Assembly: GCA_964550295.1 (NCBI GenBank)
Contig: CAZJYV010000001.1
Span: forward strand, 1 to 34,611
Reading direction: 5' to 3'
DNA from: an uncultured Clostridium sp.
GTDB taxonomy: Bacteria; Bacillota; Clostridia; Christensenellales; CAG-138
Length of the DNA: 34,611 nucleotides
In this document: in pieces, positions 1 to 9,200 of the stretch
Numbering within the stretch: position 1 is the stretch's first letter
How the letters are laid out: every line of letters begins with the position of its first letter
Made by a program: the position numbers and the translations under genes
The notes under the pieces: generated by a model
Database searches by the model: none
What the model saw: only the letters and a program-made list of their open reading frames with translations
What the model was told of the DNA's origin: nothing

Positions 1-29
1 TCCGCCATAAGAACCCTGTATTTTGTCAT
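1..29 (-). CDS. 5' end of an unidentified leftward gene that runs off the left edge
   Basis: The reverse complement of 1-42 reads GAGGAGGGCACAA ATG ACA AAA TAC AGG GTT CTT ATG GCG GA. This gives an AGGAGG-type SD 6 nt before the ATG (29..27), and the frame stays open to the edge (MTKYRVLMA...). In-frame ATGs also occur at 71 and 77 without an SD, so the start is ambiguous. Only 9 codons are visible and the product cannot be called. Confidence 0.3.
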
Positions 30-44
30 TTGTGCCCTCCTCAT

Positions 45-60
45 CCCCAATATATTGGGG
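45..60. repeat. Perfect 16-bp palindrome CCCCAATATATTGGGG; candidate operator or 5'-UTR hairpin for the leftward gene
   Basis: The sequence equals its own reverse complement. It lies 2 nt from the SD of the leftward gene. It is bracketed by a 12-nt direct repeat, GTATTTTGTCAT, at 18-29 and 60-71. The function is not demonstrated. Confidence 0.5.
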
Positions 61-224
61 TATTTTGTCATCACCATAAGGATAGCACCGCATTTTCCGC
101 AGCGTAAGGGAAGTAAATTAGCTTCTTTTGCCGTATTTTAGGTGCGTTTATGCGATATATGTATAATCGTTTGGAAAATTCTCAACCGGTTGTTGACAAA
201 TGATGCGCAACGCGATTAAATGAC

Positions 225-252
225 TTGTCACACGATGGATGAACTCTATATT
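225..252 (+). promoter_or_regulatory. Candidate sigma-A type promoter for the GNAT gene
   Basis: TTGTCA (225-230), 16 nt spacer, TATATT (247-252), about 30 nt upstream of ATG 284. An alternative lies just upstream: TTGACA (193-198), 17 nt, TTAAAT (216-221). These are hexamer matches only. Confidence 0.3.
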
Positions 253-283
253 GGCATGTTGAGCTTTCATAAGGAGAACGGAT

Positions 284-781
284 ATGGGTTATGTTTTTGA
301 ACAGGGAACCGCTGCGGATGTGGATGCCGTGCTGGCGAATATCGACGCGGCGCGCGGCAACGGTTCTGCGGATTGGGACGAATATTATCCCACGCGCGAA
401 CATGTTGATGAGGATGTTAAAAACGGCGCGCTGTACCTGCTGCGTGCCGAGGACGGCTGCGTCGCTGCGAGCATCGCCGCATATTACGACGATGCCGAAT
501 TCGGGCAGGAGAGCACGGTCGAGGGCTGGGCGGAAGCCGCGCACACCGTTTCCCTGTTCCGCCTTTGCGTGAGCGCCGGTTTGCAGGGCAGAGGTGTTGG
601 ATTTGCGATGATGAATCATATACTTGACGCGGCGCGTGCGCAAGGCTGCAAAACGGCGCGGCTGCTCGCGAGCGAACAGAACGAGGCGGCAAACCGCTTG
701 TATCGCAAGCTGAACTTTTTTTCTCTCGGGCGCGTCTGGCTTTATGACTGGTGGTTCATTGCATACGAAAAGGCGCTGTAA
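284..781 (+). CDS. GNAT family N-acetyltransferase (165 aa)
   Basis: This is a track ORF. AAGGAGA SD at 271-277, 6 nt before the ATG. It has an acetyl-CoA motif-A-like LQGRGVGFAMM (Q/R-x-x-G-x-G/A), and its length and layout are typical of GNAT enzymes. The substrate is unknown. Confidence 0.8.
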   Translation: MGYVFEQGTAADVDAVLANIDAARGNGSADWDEYYPTREHVDEDVKNGALYLLRAEDGCVAASIAAYYDDAEFGQESTVEGWAEAAHTVSLFRLCVSAGLQGRGVGFAMMNHILDAARAQGCKTARLLASEQNEAANRLYRKLNFFSLGRVWLYDWWFIAYEKAL

Positions 782-800
782 AACAGCGGCAGCAAAACAA

Positions 801-838
801 AGGACACATCGGAAACGCGGTTCCGATGTGTCCTTTTT
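801..838. terminator. Bidirectional rho-independent terminator shared by the convergent GNAT and phosphohexomutase genes
   Basis: AGGACACATCGGAA (801-814) pairs perfectly with TTCCGATGTGTCCT (821-834), giving a 14-bp stem and a 6-nt loop. It is followed by TTTT on the + strand. On the - strand it is preceded by AAAACAAA, which reads as UUGUUUU. Confidence 0.85.
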
Positions 839-899
839 GTCGTATGCGCTTTGTATTGCCCGGGAAATTCCGCCGTTTATCGACCGGATACGGCGATCG

Positions 900-2414
900 T
901 CAGGGACAATCCCACACGAGCGGCGAGGTGTCGAGTTTTTCGTAGCGGGAGAGGAAGTCATATAGCACCCTCGCAATCCGCTCCACGCCGCCTTCGGAGT
1001 CGCTTTCGATGTTCAGCGGCATCAGCGGTTCGTGCAGGGACATGCGCAGCAAAAACCATCCGTCCCCGTGTGAGGCGTTCGCATTGACGCGGAGTCCCTC
1101 AAAGTTGTCCGGAGCGATGGAAAATCCCTTCGTGTTTTGTATATGCTGAGTCAGGTCCTCGATAATCTGCTTTCCGTATGCGGCAAAATCGTCCGCCGAG
1201 AGCGCCATGCGGCACTCCCTGCTTTCGCACGGCTCCGCGAGTCCGTCGATCAGGTGGGATAACGCGTGTCCCCGACGCTTTGCGCGCGCGAGCTCGATCA
1301 CGAGCTTCACCATCAGGTATGCGCCGTCGTCAAGAAAAAAGTTCTCTTTGAGCGCGCCGTGGCCGGAGGTTTCCATCGCGACCTGCGCGTCCTGCCCCTG
1401 TGCGTTCAGGCGGATTGCTTCGTCGATCACGTTCTTGTATCCCCGCTTGAAACGGCGGTGAACGCCGCCCCGGGCGCGGATAAAATCCGAAAGTCCCGTT
1501 GAGGTGATCGAATCGGTTACGATGGTCGTTCCCGGATGGTCGCGCAGTTCGATTGCGGCGATCATCGCGATGAGCCTGTTGCGGTTCAGTTCTCTTCCAT
1601 CCGGCAGCACAGCGCCCGCGCGATCGACATCCGTATCGAATAGGATGCCCAGTTCCGCTTCCGCATCCAGAACGGCGTCGGTGATGAAGGTCATCGCCCG
1701 TTTGTCCTCTGGGTTGGGGGCATGGTTCGGAAAGCGGCCGTCCGGCTCCAAAAACAGGCTGCCGCGCGTGTTCGCGCCGAGGGGATTGAGCACATCAGCG
1801 GCAAAGAAGCCGCCCGCGCCGTTGCCGGCATCAACGATGATGTGCAGCCCGCGCAAAGGTTCGTCGCCGAGGTTTGCGCCGGCGATGATCTTCTCGCGCA
1901 GCATTTTGGCGTAAACGCCCATAAAATCAGCTTCCAGAACGGCGCCTTTGCGTTCAGCGGGTGCATGACCCGTTTGTGCGCGGGTCAGCAGGGCGGTGAT
2001 ATCCTTTTTATCAAGGCCGCCATCCCGGGTGAAAAATTTAAAGCCGTTTTTTTCAAAGGAAAGGTGGCTTGCCGTGATCATGACGGCACCGTCAAAACAG
2101 TATCCGTCCGTAACCGTCGTCATGAACATGGCGGGGGTTGTCGCAAGGCCGACATCCGTCACCTCTGCACCCGCCTCGGCAATGCCTGCGGCAAGCGATG
2201 CCGAAAGCGCGCCTCCGGAAAGGCGCGTGTCACGGCCTACGGCAATCCGCAGGGCAGCGCACGGCTCATCCAACCGCTCAGCCAGCCATGAGGCGAACGC
2301 GCCGCCGATGCTTTGCGCAGCCTCCCCTGTGAGATCGACCTCTTTGCCGCCCTCGAGGGGAATCGCCGTGCCGCGGATGTCGCTTCCGTTTTGAAGTTTC
2401 AGGAAATCACGCAT
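900..2414 (-). CDS. alpha-D-phosphohexomutase (phosphoglucomutase/phosphomannomutase family), 504 aa
   Basis: The track ORF 900..2423 begins at a GTG that lies inside the SD, whereas the ATG at 2414 sits 8 nt after GGGAGG. Family hallmarks occur in order: phosphoserine loop ITASHLSFEKNG, metal loop FDTDVDRAG (DxDxDR) and sugar loop METSGHG. Substrate specificity cannot be assigned from the sequence alone. Confidence 0.85.
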   Translation of the reverse strand: MRDFLKLQNGSDIRGTAIPLEGGKEVDLTGEAAQSIGGAFASWLAERLDEPCAALRIAVGRDTRLSGGALSASLAAGIAEAGAEVTDVGLATTPAMFMTTVTDGYCFDGAVMITASHLSFEKNGFKFFTRDGGLDKKDITALLTRAQTGHAPAERKGAVLEADFMGVYAKMLREKIIAGANLGDEPLRGLHIIVDAGNGAGGFFAADVLNPLGANTRGSLFLEPDGRFPNHAPNPEDKRAMTFITDAVLDAEAELGILFDTDVDRAGAVLPDGRELNRNRLIAMIAAIELRDHPGTTIVTDSITSTGLSDFIRARGGVHRRFKRGYKNVIDEAIRLNAQGQDAQVAMETSGHGALKENFFLDDGAYLMVKLVIELARAKRRGHALSHLIDGLAEPCESRECRMALSADDFAAYGKQIIEDLTQHIQNTKGFSIAPDNFEGLRVNANASHGDGWFLLRMSLHEPLMPLNIESDSEGGVERIARVLYDFLSRYEKLDTSPLVWDCP

Positions 2415-2468
2415 GATTAACACCTCCCGATTTATTGTAAAGCGTCTTACTGTAAAACGATTTACTAC

Positions 2469-3131
2469 CTATCGGCAGCAGAAATTGCAGTACATGCACA
2501 TCAGCCACGAAATGAGGAAGCCGCCGCAAAGGCGGTTCATGCTCAAAAACGGGGCGGAAAAATCGCGTCCGTAGGCCGCGTACCGACTGCCGGGGTTTTG
2601 GAGTTCTTCGAGCAGCTCGGCGTAAGCGGCGTTACCGGGATCCATGCCGAGCGCCCGCTGCGCATGCTGGATGGCAATGATCTTGTTGCCTGCGCCGTTG
2701 TTTGCGACGGCGCTGTAGTAATACCACAGGGCGTCCCGCTCGCGGATACCCGCGAGCACGTTGAGCGCTTCCTGATAATGGCCAAATGCAATGTAATTGC
2801 GCGCGGCGTTCATGCGCGGGTCCGCGCTTTGCCCCTCGTAGCCGCCGCTCTCCCACGCGCTCCGATAGCCCCCGGAACCTCCGCCGTAGCCCGCGGAACT
2901 TCCGCCGTAGTTTCCGGAATTCCCGCCGTAACCCGCTGAGGAAGCGCCGCCGCCGTTGATAATCTGGTCGTAGGCTGTGTTGATTTCTTTCATGCGCTGC
3001 TCGGCGCGCTTATCGCCGGGGTTTGCGTCCGGATGATAGGTTTTGGCAAGGCGTCGGTAAGCCTTCTTCACCTCGTCGTCCGTCGCGGTGGTCGGCACCC
3101 CAAGCACCTTATACGGATCGGTGATCGGCAT
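2469..3131 (-). CDS. J-domain (DnaJ-like) protein with a Gly/Tyr-rich linker, a TPR-like helical part and a Cys-rich hydrophobic C-terminus (220 aa)
   Basis: J-domain signature: DPYKVLGV...[17 protein letters not shown] (HPD motif). The ATG at 3131 is preceded by AAAGGAGG, with 7 nt between the SD and the ATG; the longer track start at 3167 has no SD. The tail is [20 protein letters not shown]. Confidence 0.8.
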   Translation of the reverse strand: MPITDPYKVLGVPTTATDDEVKKAYRRLAKTYHPDANPGDKRAEQRMKEINTAYDQIINGGGASSAGYGGNSGNYGGSSAGYGGGSGGYRSAWESGGYEGQSADPRMNAARNYIAFGHYQEALNVLAGIRERDALWYYYSAVANNGAGNKIIAIQHAQRALGMDPGNAAYAELLEELQNPGSRYAAYGRDFSAPFLSMNRLCGGFLISWLMCMYCNFCCR

Positions 3132-3960
3132 TCGCACGCCTCCTTTCCCATGCGCGTTTGAGCTCAAAGCGCGCCCATATGCCGGAGTATATCACATTTC
3201 GCATGAGCATGATATCCTCAACCAGCGGCAATTTCTCGAATTCTGTCGCGCATTCGTCCATGAGAACCTTGAGGATGGCCTCGCAGCGGCCGTCGAAATC
3301 CGGCGCGGCAAAGTCTGCCGCAAGCGGATTGAAACGCCTGTGGCGTATATCTTTTTTGCAGTCCTCCCAAGCGTCCATCATATAGATAAACCGGCCCAGA
3401 GCCGTTCCAAAGGCTTGCAGGCGCGGTGTCCAGCGATCCTCGTGCGGCGCGAAAATCGCCGCCGTAATCTCGCCGAAGCTTGCGGCCGCGGCGTCCGCGG
3501 AGGCATGTTCACTGCGCTCGACGGCCTGCAGTTTGGAGAGCGCGGCGCCGATCGCTTCGCATTGACGCGGCCACAGCGAAACCACGGCGTCATACCGTCT
3601 GCGCAAAAAGGCCGCCTCGGCAAGGCGCGCGAGGTTGCGCTCATCCCGCCAGTCGTCCAGACATTTGTGGTAATAAAGCGCGATGGTCATATCCGCGGCG
3701 TAAGCGGTAAAGGTGCTCGTTTCATGTTGACGCGCGCAGAAAGGATGCGCGGCGCAGCGCGCGGCGCATGCATGCTGCTCAGGTTCGTAAAGCGAATCGA
3801 GCAGCAGCACGAGAAAGACGAAATCATAGTTGAGCGCCAAGCGCGCGCATGTTCCGTGCCGCGTTTTGAGCGTTTCGCAAAGGCCGCAGTAAGCGGCCCT
3901 GTAGCGCTTTTCCTGCTCAGGACTTAAATCATGCTTATTGACCGTTACATATCCGAACAT
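3109..3960 (-). CDS. DUF5685-like conserved hypothetical protein (283 aa)
   Basis: The N-terminus [31 protein letters not shown] matches, from memory, the MFGYV...YCGLC start typical of the clostridial DUF5685 family. The ATG at 3960 lies 1 nt after the stop of the upstream gene. The 27-codon extension in the track (start 4041) overlaps that gene and was rejected. The 3' end overlaps the J-domain gene by 23 nt. Confidence 0.65.
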   Translation of the reverse strand: MFGYVTVNKHDLSPEQEKRYRAAYCGLCETLKTRHGTCARLALNYDFVFLVLLLDSLYEPEQHACAARCAAHPFCARQHETSTFTAYAADMTIALYYHKCLDDWRDERNLARLAEAAFLRRRYDAVVSLWPRQCEAIGAALSKLQAVERSEHASADAAAASFGEITAAIFAPHEDRWTPRLQAFGTALGRFIYMMDAWEDCKKDIRHRRFNPLAADFAAPDFDGRCEAILKVLMDECATEFEKLPLVEDIMLMRNVIYSGIWARFELKRAWERRRANADHRSV

Positions 3961-3961
3961 A

Positions 3962-4384
3962 TCAGCTCCTTCGAATGAAGGAAGTGCCGCACTTGGGACA
4001 GATGACGCGGATTTTTCCCTTGCCGCGCGGCGTGCGCACACACTGGCCGCACCCGGGGCATTTGAAGAAGCGATGGGATTTCAACTGCTTGACATGGGCG
4101 AACTCACGCCTGAAAAACCCCTTGACCGTATCGTGAAGATTGAGATATTTTACGTTTTCACGATAGCGTTGGGTGACATTTTTGGAAAGCATGCGCCAAT
4201 AGCAAACGGCCATCAAGGCGAGGGCGACCCACCAGAAAACACCGCCTGCGATCCCTGCGCCTGCGGACTGCAAAATCACGGCGAGGATGAGCGCGATCAG
4301 CGCCGCGAATGAAAGGGCGCGCGAAAACTGGTCAAACCCGTTTCGCCCCTGCATAAACCGTTGGATGCGCTCCCTGATATTCAT
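3962..4384 (-). CDS. Small membrane protein with a C-terminal zinc ribbon (140 aa)
   Basis: This is a track ORF. It has two hydrophobic spans (FAALIALILAVILQSAG, GGVFWWVALALMAVCYW) followed by CPGCGQC...x13...CPKCG (CxxC-CxxC). It is the first gene of the leftward operon. Confidence 0.7.
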   Translation of the reverse strand: MNIRERIQRFMQGRNGFDQFSRALSFAALIALILAVILQSAGAGIAGGVFWWVALALMAVCYWRMLSKNVTQRYRENVKYLNLHDTVKGFFRREFAHVKQLKSHRFFKCPGCGQCVRTPRGKGKIRVICPKCGTSFIRRS

Positions 4385-4595
4385 GTAAACCGCCTTGTAT
4401 GGATATCCGGCTTCCGAAACGCCGCCTGAAAGACGCCTGTGCCGGATCCGAAATAATAATTGCGCATCTATAATTTACGACGGTTGTGCATGCAACGCAA
4501 GGGCGCAGATGTGACAAGATTTCAAACAATCCCGCGTGCCCGTCTGCCGCCCCGCAGAAAATATAACGGAAAAAGGATTTATTTTCCTGTGTATA

Positions 4596-4624
4596 TTGTA
4601 ATTAATGAATGGTTGTGCAATAAT
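4596..4624 (+). promoter_or_regulatory. Candidate promoter for the TPR / giant-protein transcription unit, inside the AT-rich divergent intergenic region 4385-4694
   Basis: TTGTAA (4596-4601), 17 nt spacer, AATAAT (4619-4624), about 70 nt upstream of ATG 4695. This is the most AT-rich stretch of the window. These are hexamer matches only. Confidence 0.3.
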
Positions 4625-4694
4625 TTAAACAATGGATCAATATCCGTTTGAATGATCTTATTCATGCAGTTCTTCGGTTGGAGATTGATAAGCA

Positions 4695-6074
4695 ATGGAA
4701 GATTCGGTCCGGGAAAGACCGGTTGTCAAACGCCGGATCTTGATACGCGTTATCGCGGTCGTTCTTGTGGTAGGCCTGATCGCGACAGCGGGGTTGATCG
4801 AAGCGAGCAGAATCGTTTTTGGCGATGTCGCAGGCGCGAATGCCGCTGAGCAGGATGCGGCGGATTACATAGAAAACACCACGGAATATCTCGGCGCGCC
4901 GCTCACCCAGCGCATGGCGAACGTGCTTTATTCCTACCTGAGGGAACCTGTGACATACGCGGATCATTATCTGCGCATGTCGCTTTCGATATCAAAAGGC
5001 GCGTATTCCGACGCGGCGGAAAGCTGCGCCCGGTGCATTGAATTGTGGAACGATGAAGATCAGCCCCTGTCGGAACTTTGGACCAGACTCGCCTGTCTCG
5101 ATGCGCTGCTGGGCGACTACGAGAAAGCTCGGGATGAGCTGGATACAGCCGTCGGACTGGGCAGCGCGGCAGACGATCCCACGATGTATCTGCTCCGCGC
5201 GCAGATGAGCGCACAGCTTGGCGAAGCGGAGCCGGCGTTATCCGATATAACGGCGTATGAGAGCCTGACCGGGGATGCCGTGTCACTGCTTGCGATCAAA
5301 GGCCCGCTCTACGAAGCAACCGGCGCGTATCTGCTGGCGGAGGAGGTTTATACGGCGATGTTATCCGTCGCGGACGCGGGCGCTTCCGATCCCGCCATAT
5401 ATGGAAGCCGCGCGCGGGTGAGGCTGCTGATGAACGATTATGCAGGCGCGCGCGCGGACGCGGAAGCCTTTTTTGCGGCGGGGTGCGCGGATGAAGACGG
5501 CGCCACGCGTTATATTTTGGCCGCATGCACCCTGCAGGAGCAGAATTACGCCCTGGCGGAGGAGAACTTCCTGCTTGCGCTTGAGGAAGGATATCCCAAT
5601 CCAGCCGAGGTGTATCCCTCTCTGGTATATGTCCGCTATATGCAAGGCGACCTTGTTGGCGCAAAAACGGCGGGAACAGAAGCGCTTTCCATCGAAGGCG
5701 GGGAAACGGCTGAGCTTTTGCAGTGGATGGGCGTCATCGATATGGCGCAGGGCGCGTATGACGCGGCGTCGTCGTATTTTGCCCGCAGCGCAGCGCTCGA
5801 TGATACGCAAACGGATCTTTACTACTACATGGGCGTGTGCTTGGTCGCACTCGACGATTATCAAGCGGCGGCGGACGCATTTACGGTATCTGTGGGGCGG
5901 GGTGAATCGCTCGCGGAAAGCTATTACAACAGGGGCGTCTGCTACGCGGCTCTTGAGCAATATGAAAGCGCTTATGCCGATATGCTTTCGGCCATCGCGT
6001 TCTCGCAGGATGGGGAACTCACTGCTTCGGCGACCGATCTTCGGGACAAGCTCGCCAAAGCGCTTGACAAATAA
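4695..6074 (+). CDS. N-terminally membrane-anchored TPR-repeat protein (459 aa)
   Basis: This is a track ORF. It has a basic N-terminus followed by a TM span, ILIRVIAVVLVVGLIATAGLI. Repeated TPR-like helical pairs follow, e.g. YYYMGVCLVALDDYQAAADAFTVSV and YYNRGVCYAALEQYESAYADMLSAI. Confidence 0.75.
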   Translation: MEDSVRERPVVKRRILIRVIAVVLVVGLIATAGLIEASRIVFGDVAGANAAEQDAADYIENTTEYLGAPLTQRMANVLYSYLREPVTYADHYLRMSLSISKGAYSDAAESCARCIELWNDEDQPLSELWTRLACLDALLGDYEKARDELDTAVGLGSAADDPTMYLLRAQMSAQLGEAEPALSDITAYESLTGDAVSLLAIKGPLYEATGAYLLAEEVYTAMLSVADAGASDPAIYGSRARVRLLMNDYAGARADAEAFFAAGCADEDGATRYILAACTLQEQNYALAEENFLLALEEGYPNPAEVYPSLVYVRYMQGDLVGAKTAGTEALSIEGGETAELLQWMGVIDMAQGAYDAASSYFARSAALDDTQTDLYYYMGVCLVALDDYQAAADAFTVSVGRGESLAESYYNRGVCYAALEQYESAYADMLSAIAFSQDGELTASATDLRDKLAKALDK

Positions 6075-6136
6075 AGGACGCAACGCACGGGCGCGCCGCT
6101 GGTCGGCGCAAGGGTTCACACGGAAAGGATCGTCGT

Positions 6137-6238
6137 ATGAAAAAACTTCTTGGCAGCCATGCGAAATTCACGATGGGGGCGCTGCTTGCGTTTTTGGTGG
6201 CGTTTGCGTTGATTTGGACGCCGTCCGCCGCGCTGGCC
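6137..6238 (+). other. Sec-type signal peptide of the giant protein (34 aa, predicted cleavage ALA|EE)
   Basis: MKKLLGSHAKFTMGALLAFLVAFALIWTPSAALA|EEST has a basic n-region, a hydrophobic core and an AxA site. Confidence 0.8.
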
Positions 6239-9200
6239 GAGGAGAGCACCGATACGACAGCCGACCCCGGAGCGAGCGACGTTGACACGTCAGGCGGCAC
6301 TGCGCCGGGAACCGCCACGGTGGGAAGCATCGTGGAGGAAGGCACGGAGCAAGTCGCGCAAGGAGAAGCGAAGATTTACGACAACGCACCGGTCGAGCAG
6401 ACGACGACCACCGGCGGCGAAACGACGACGACCGAGGTGGAGAAGTCCGCGCTGCAAAAAGCCGTTGAATACGCGCTTACCCAAATTCAGGCGGATACCG
6501 AGAGCATCACCATCACGCTGACCGAAGGCACATACACAGGGGATGTGGCAATCGACAAAACAAACCTCGGGGGCGTGGATACATCCAATTTCAAACTGTT
6601 CATCCTGGCAAGCGACGCCGTTGTTACGGACGACGGGGGCAACACCACCTACACGAACGCGAACGGTGCCACAAAAGTGAACGGCAACATCACCATCGAC
6701 GGGCTCGATGTTGTGCTTGCCGGTATTTACATGGCCGTAGATAAGGCGATCAACGCTAAAAATACGGATGTTTCCATTTTTGGCACAACGGCAGGGGACA
6801 CCTATACCGTTAACGTCGGCGGGCGCGAAGGCGAGGATGACGATCAAACCGAGGTCAGCGTCGCGGGCGGCGCGGGCGGCGATACCATCAGTGTCACCGC
6901 GCAGACGGGCAACGCGGACATCGATATCGATGGCGGAGACGGCGGGGATGTCATCTCCGTTGACGGTACCACCGCGCCGGACGCGCAGGGCACTTCCGTT
7001 GATGTCAGCGGCGGCGCGGGCAGCGACGTGATCAACATCGACACCTCCGTTGCGGGCGGCGCAAGCCTTGTTTCCGTCAACGGCGGTTCCGGGGATGATA
7101 AAGTTCATCTGACAGGCTATCTCGATGAGGACGATAAGGACCAGGACGGCGCAGACGCACCGCGCATCGGCGGCAGTGCGACGCGTATCGACCTGCGGAA
7201 TAAAAACAACAAGGCGCTCGGCCTTGCCTTCAGCGGCGTGGAGCTTTTTACGGACGCGCTTTACAACAAGGCGTGCGTCACAGTCGCGGCCATCGGCGCG
7301 GACGGCAGGCTTTATTCAGACGCGGAAAAAACCCAGCTGATTACGTTCTCTCCCTTCACCGATTATTCGTATGACGCGATCAGCGGCGAGACCATCACCG
7401 GCATCAGCGACACATCCTCCGGCGCATTCCTTGCGAGCTTCTGGATCACCTGCATCGAAACGGACTTCAACGGCATCAACAACGACATCACGCTGGGCAA
7501 CATCAACCTGCCCGGCATAACGCTTGTCGTCAGGGCGGGGAAAGTCACCGTCACGGGAATTGTAAACGCGCTATCCATCCGGATCTTCGCAACCGATTCG
7601 GACGATCTTTATAAAGAATATATCCTCAACCTTGACGAGCTGCCTTTGCCCGACGGACTTGCCAATTCCGCCGCGGGGCAATCGCTCGACGTGAACGGAA
7701 GCCTTCTGGATTTCGTCACCAACGCCTACATTAATATAAAGGAAGGGGCGCACCTCAATGCCAACGGCTCCGTTGAGCTGACTGCGACCAGCTCGCAGAC
7801 GCACGCGCTCATCGACCTGATCAATGGCATCACCAACGCGCTCAACTTCATCTGCGTCAAGGTCGGGTCGGCCAGCATCACGATCGACGGCACAGTGAGC
7901 GGCACCAATGTGAGCGCCACCGCCGCCACGAATGTCACGATGTCCGCGAGCAATTCCACGCTTGCCCCGTACTTTGTACCCCTCGCGGTGAGCGTTTGCG
8001 TGGCTGACGCGCGCGTGACCCTCTCCGACACGGGCAGCATCACGGCCACCGGCAACGTGAACCTTTCGAGCACGAGTACCATCCAGGTCACGACAGAAGC
8101 ATGCACAGGCAGCATCCCCTTTTCACTTGCGGTGTCCGTAGTCGTCAGCGATGCGCATACGAGCGTTGCGGGTGATATTACGGCAGGCGGCGATATCAAC
8201 CTCACAACTGCCGCCACTGAGGATGTGACCACGCAATCCCACCGCGGAAACGCTTCAACCGGCAGCAGCGGCGGCTACTTCGCCATCGCTGTGACCCTTC
8301 AGGATGCCGATGCTTCCGTAACAGGTACGTCCGCGCTCAGCGCGCTTGGCGGCATCAACGTAAAATCCACCGCCATCGAGAAGGTGCTTACCACCGCTAC
8401 CTCCGCCAAACCGGAGGAGCAGAACGGCGGAACCACGCTTGACAAGGTGATTGCCAAAGTGAAGGAACTGCTCTCTACCGTGGCCGGCAAGCTCGGCGGC
8501 GCAATCAAAAACAAGATCACCGGCGCAACCGGCAACATGACCGGCGCACAGTATACCATCGCTGCCTCATCCACCACCAACGGCACAGTGAGCGCACCGG
8601 TTTCCAAGGCGAACGCGGGCGATACCGTCAAGCTGACCCTCACCCCGGCCAAGAACTACGAGGTTGACCAGGCATACATCAAATACCTCGAGCCCGGCAA
8701 GAGCAGCTATACGACCGTCGGCCTTTCAAACGGCAGCTTCGTGATGCCGGCCTTCAATGTAACGATCGTCGTCACATTCAAAAAAACCGCCGGCACGCCT
8801 GCCGATGACGATACGAGTTCCCTCTACGGGGATGGCGACGCCACCAAGCCCGGCGATCTGTTCGACGATGAGGATGACGGCGGCGGCGACCTGGGCATCT
8901 CCGATCTGTTCGACGAAGGCGCGGGCGGCACACAGGGTACGTCCGGCGGCGCAAGCGAAAACTCCGCCGACGCCGGCGCAAAGACCGTCACCCTCACGCA
9001 GCCCGCAAACGGCGCGCTCCTGTGCGCTGTCACAAAAGTGGATGCAGGCAAACAGGTGGCTGTCACCGTCAATCCCGCCTCCGGATACAAACTGACCGAG
9101 AACTCCCTTACCTATACTTATAACGATCCCGACAACGCGGGCAAGAAGCTCACCAACGTCATCAGAGCCAACGCGAGCGGCGCATATCTGTTCACTATGC

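Noticed and set aside
182-976. 264-aa minus-strand ORF spanning the GNAT gene, the terminator hairpin and the phosphohexomutase 3' end.
   Set aside because: It is antisense to a well-supported GNAT CDS. It runs straight through a perfect bidirectional terminator and overlaps the end of the phosphohexomutase gene in another frame. It has no SD.
2415-4041. Longer N-termini given by the track: GTG 2423 for the phosphohexomutase, ATG 3167 for the J-domain protein and ATG 4041 for the DUF5685-like protein.
   Set aside because: In each case an internal ATG has a strong, correctly spaced AGGAGG-type SD (2414, 3131) or abuts the upstream stop (3960). The extension either overlaps the SD or the upstream gene, or adds a non-conserved-looking leader.
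6092-6108. GC hairpin GCGCCG-CTGGT-CGGCGC between the TPR gene and the giant gene, considered as a terminator.
   Set aside because: It has only a 6-bp stem and is followed by AAGGGTTCACAC rather than a U-tract, so it is unlikely to be an intrinsic terminator.
3088-6285. Track ORFs 3088..3927 (+, 279 aa), 5361..6119 (-, 252 aa), 5440..6285 (+, 281 aa) and the small ORFs in 4332-4967.
   Set aside because: They are antisense or off-frame shadows of the DUF5685-like and TPR genes, or they lie in the promoter region. They are compositionally biased (Arg-rich) and have no ribosome-binding sites.
6866-7108. Interpreting the protein as a classical RTX toxin or type I secretion substrate, or as a two-partner-secretion (TpsA) exoprotein.
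   Set aside because: The RTX-like motifs are few and N-terminal. The protein has a Sec signal peptide and an LPXTG-class anchor. I saw no C-terminal T1SS-type signal, no TPS domain motifs (NPNL/NPNGI) and no transporter genes upstream.
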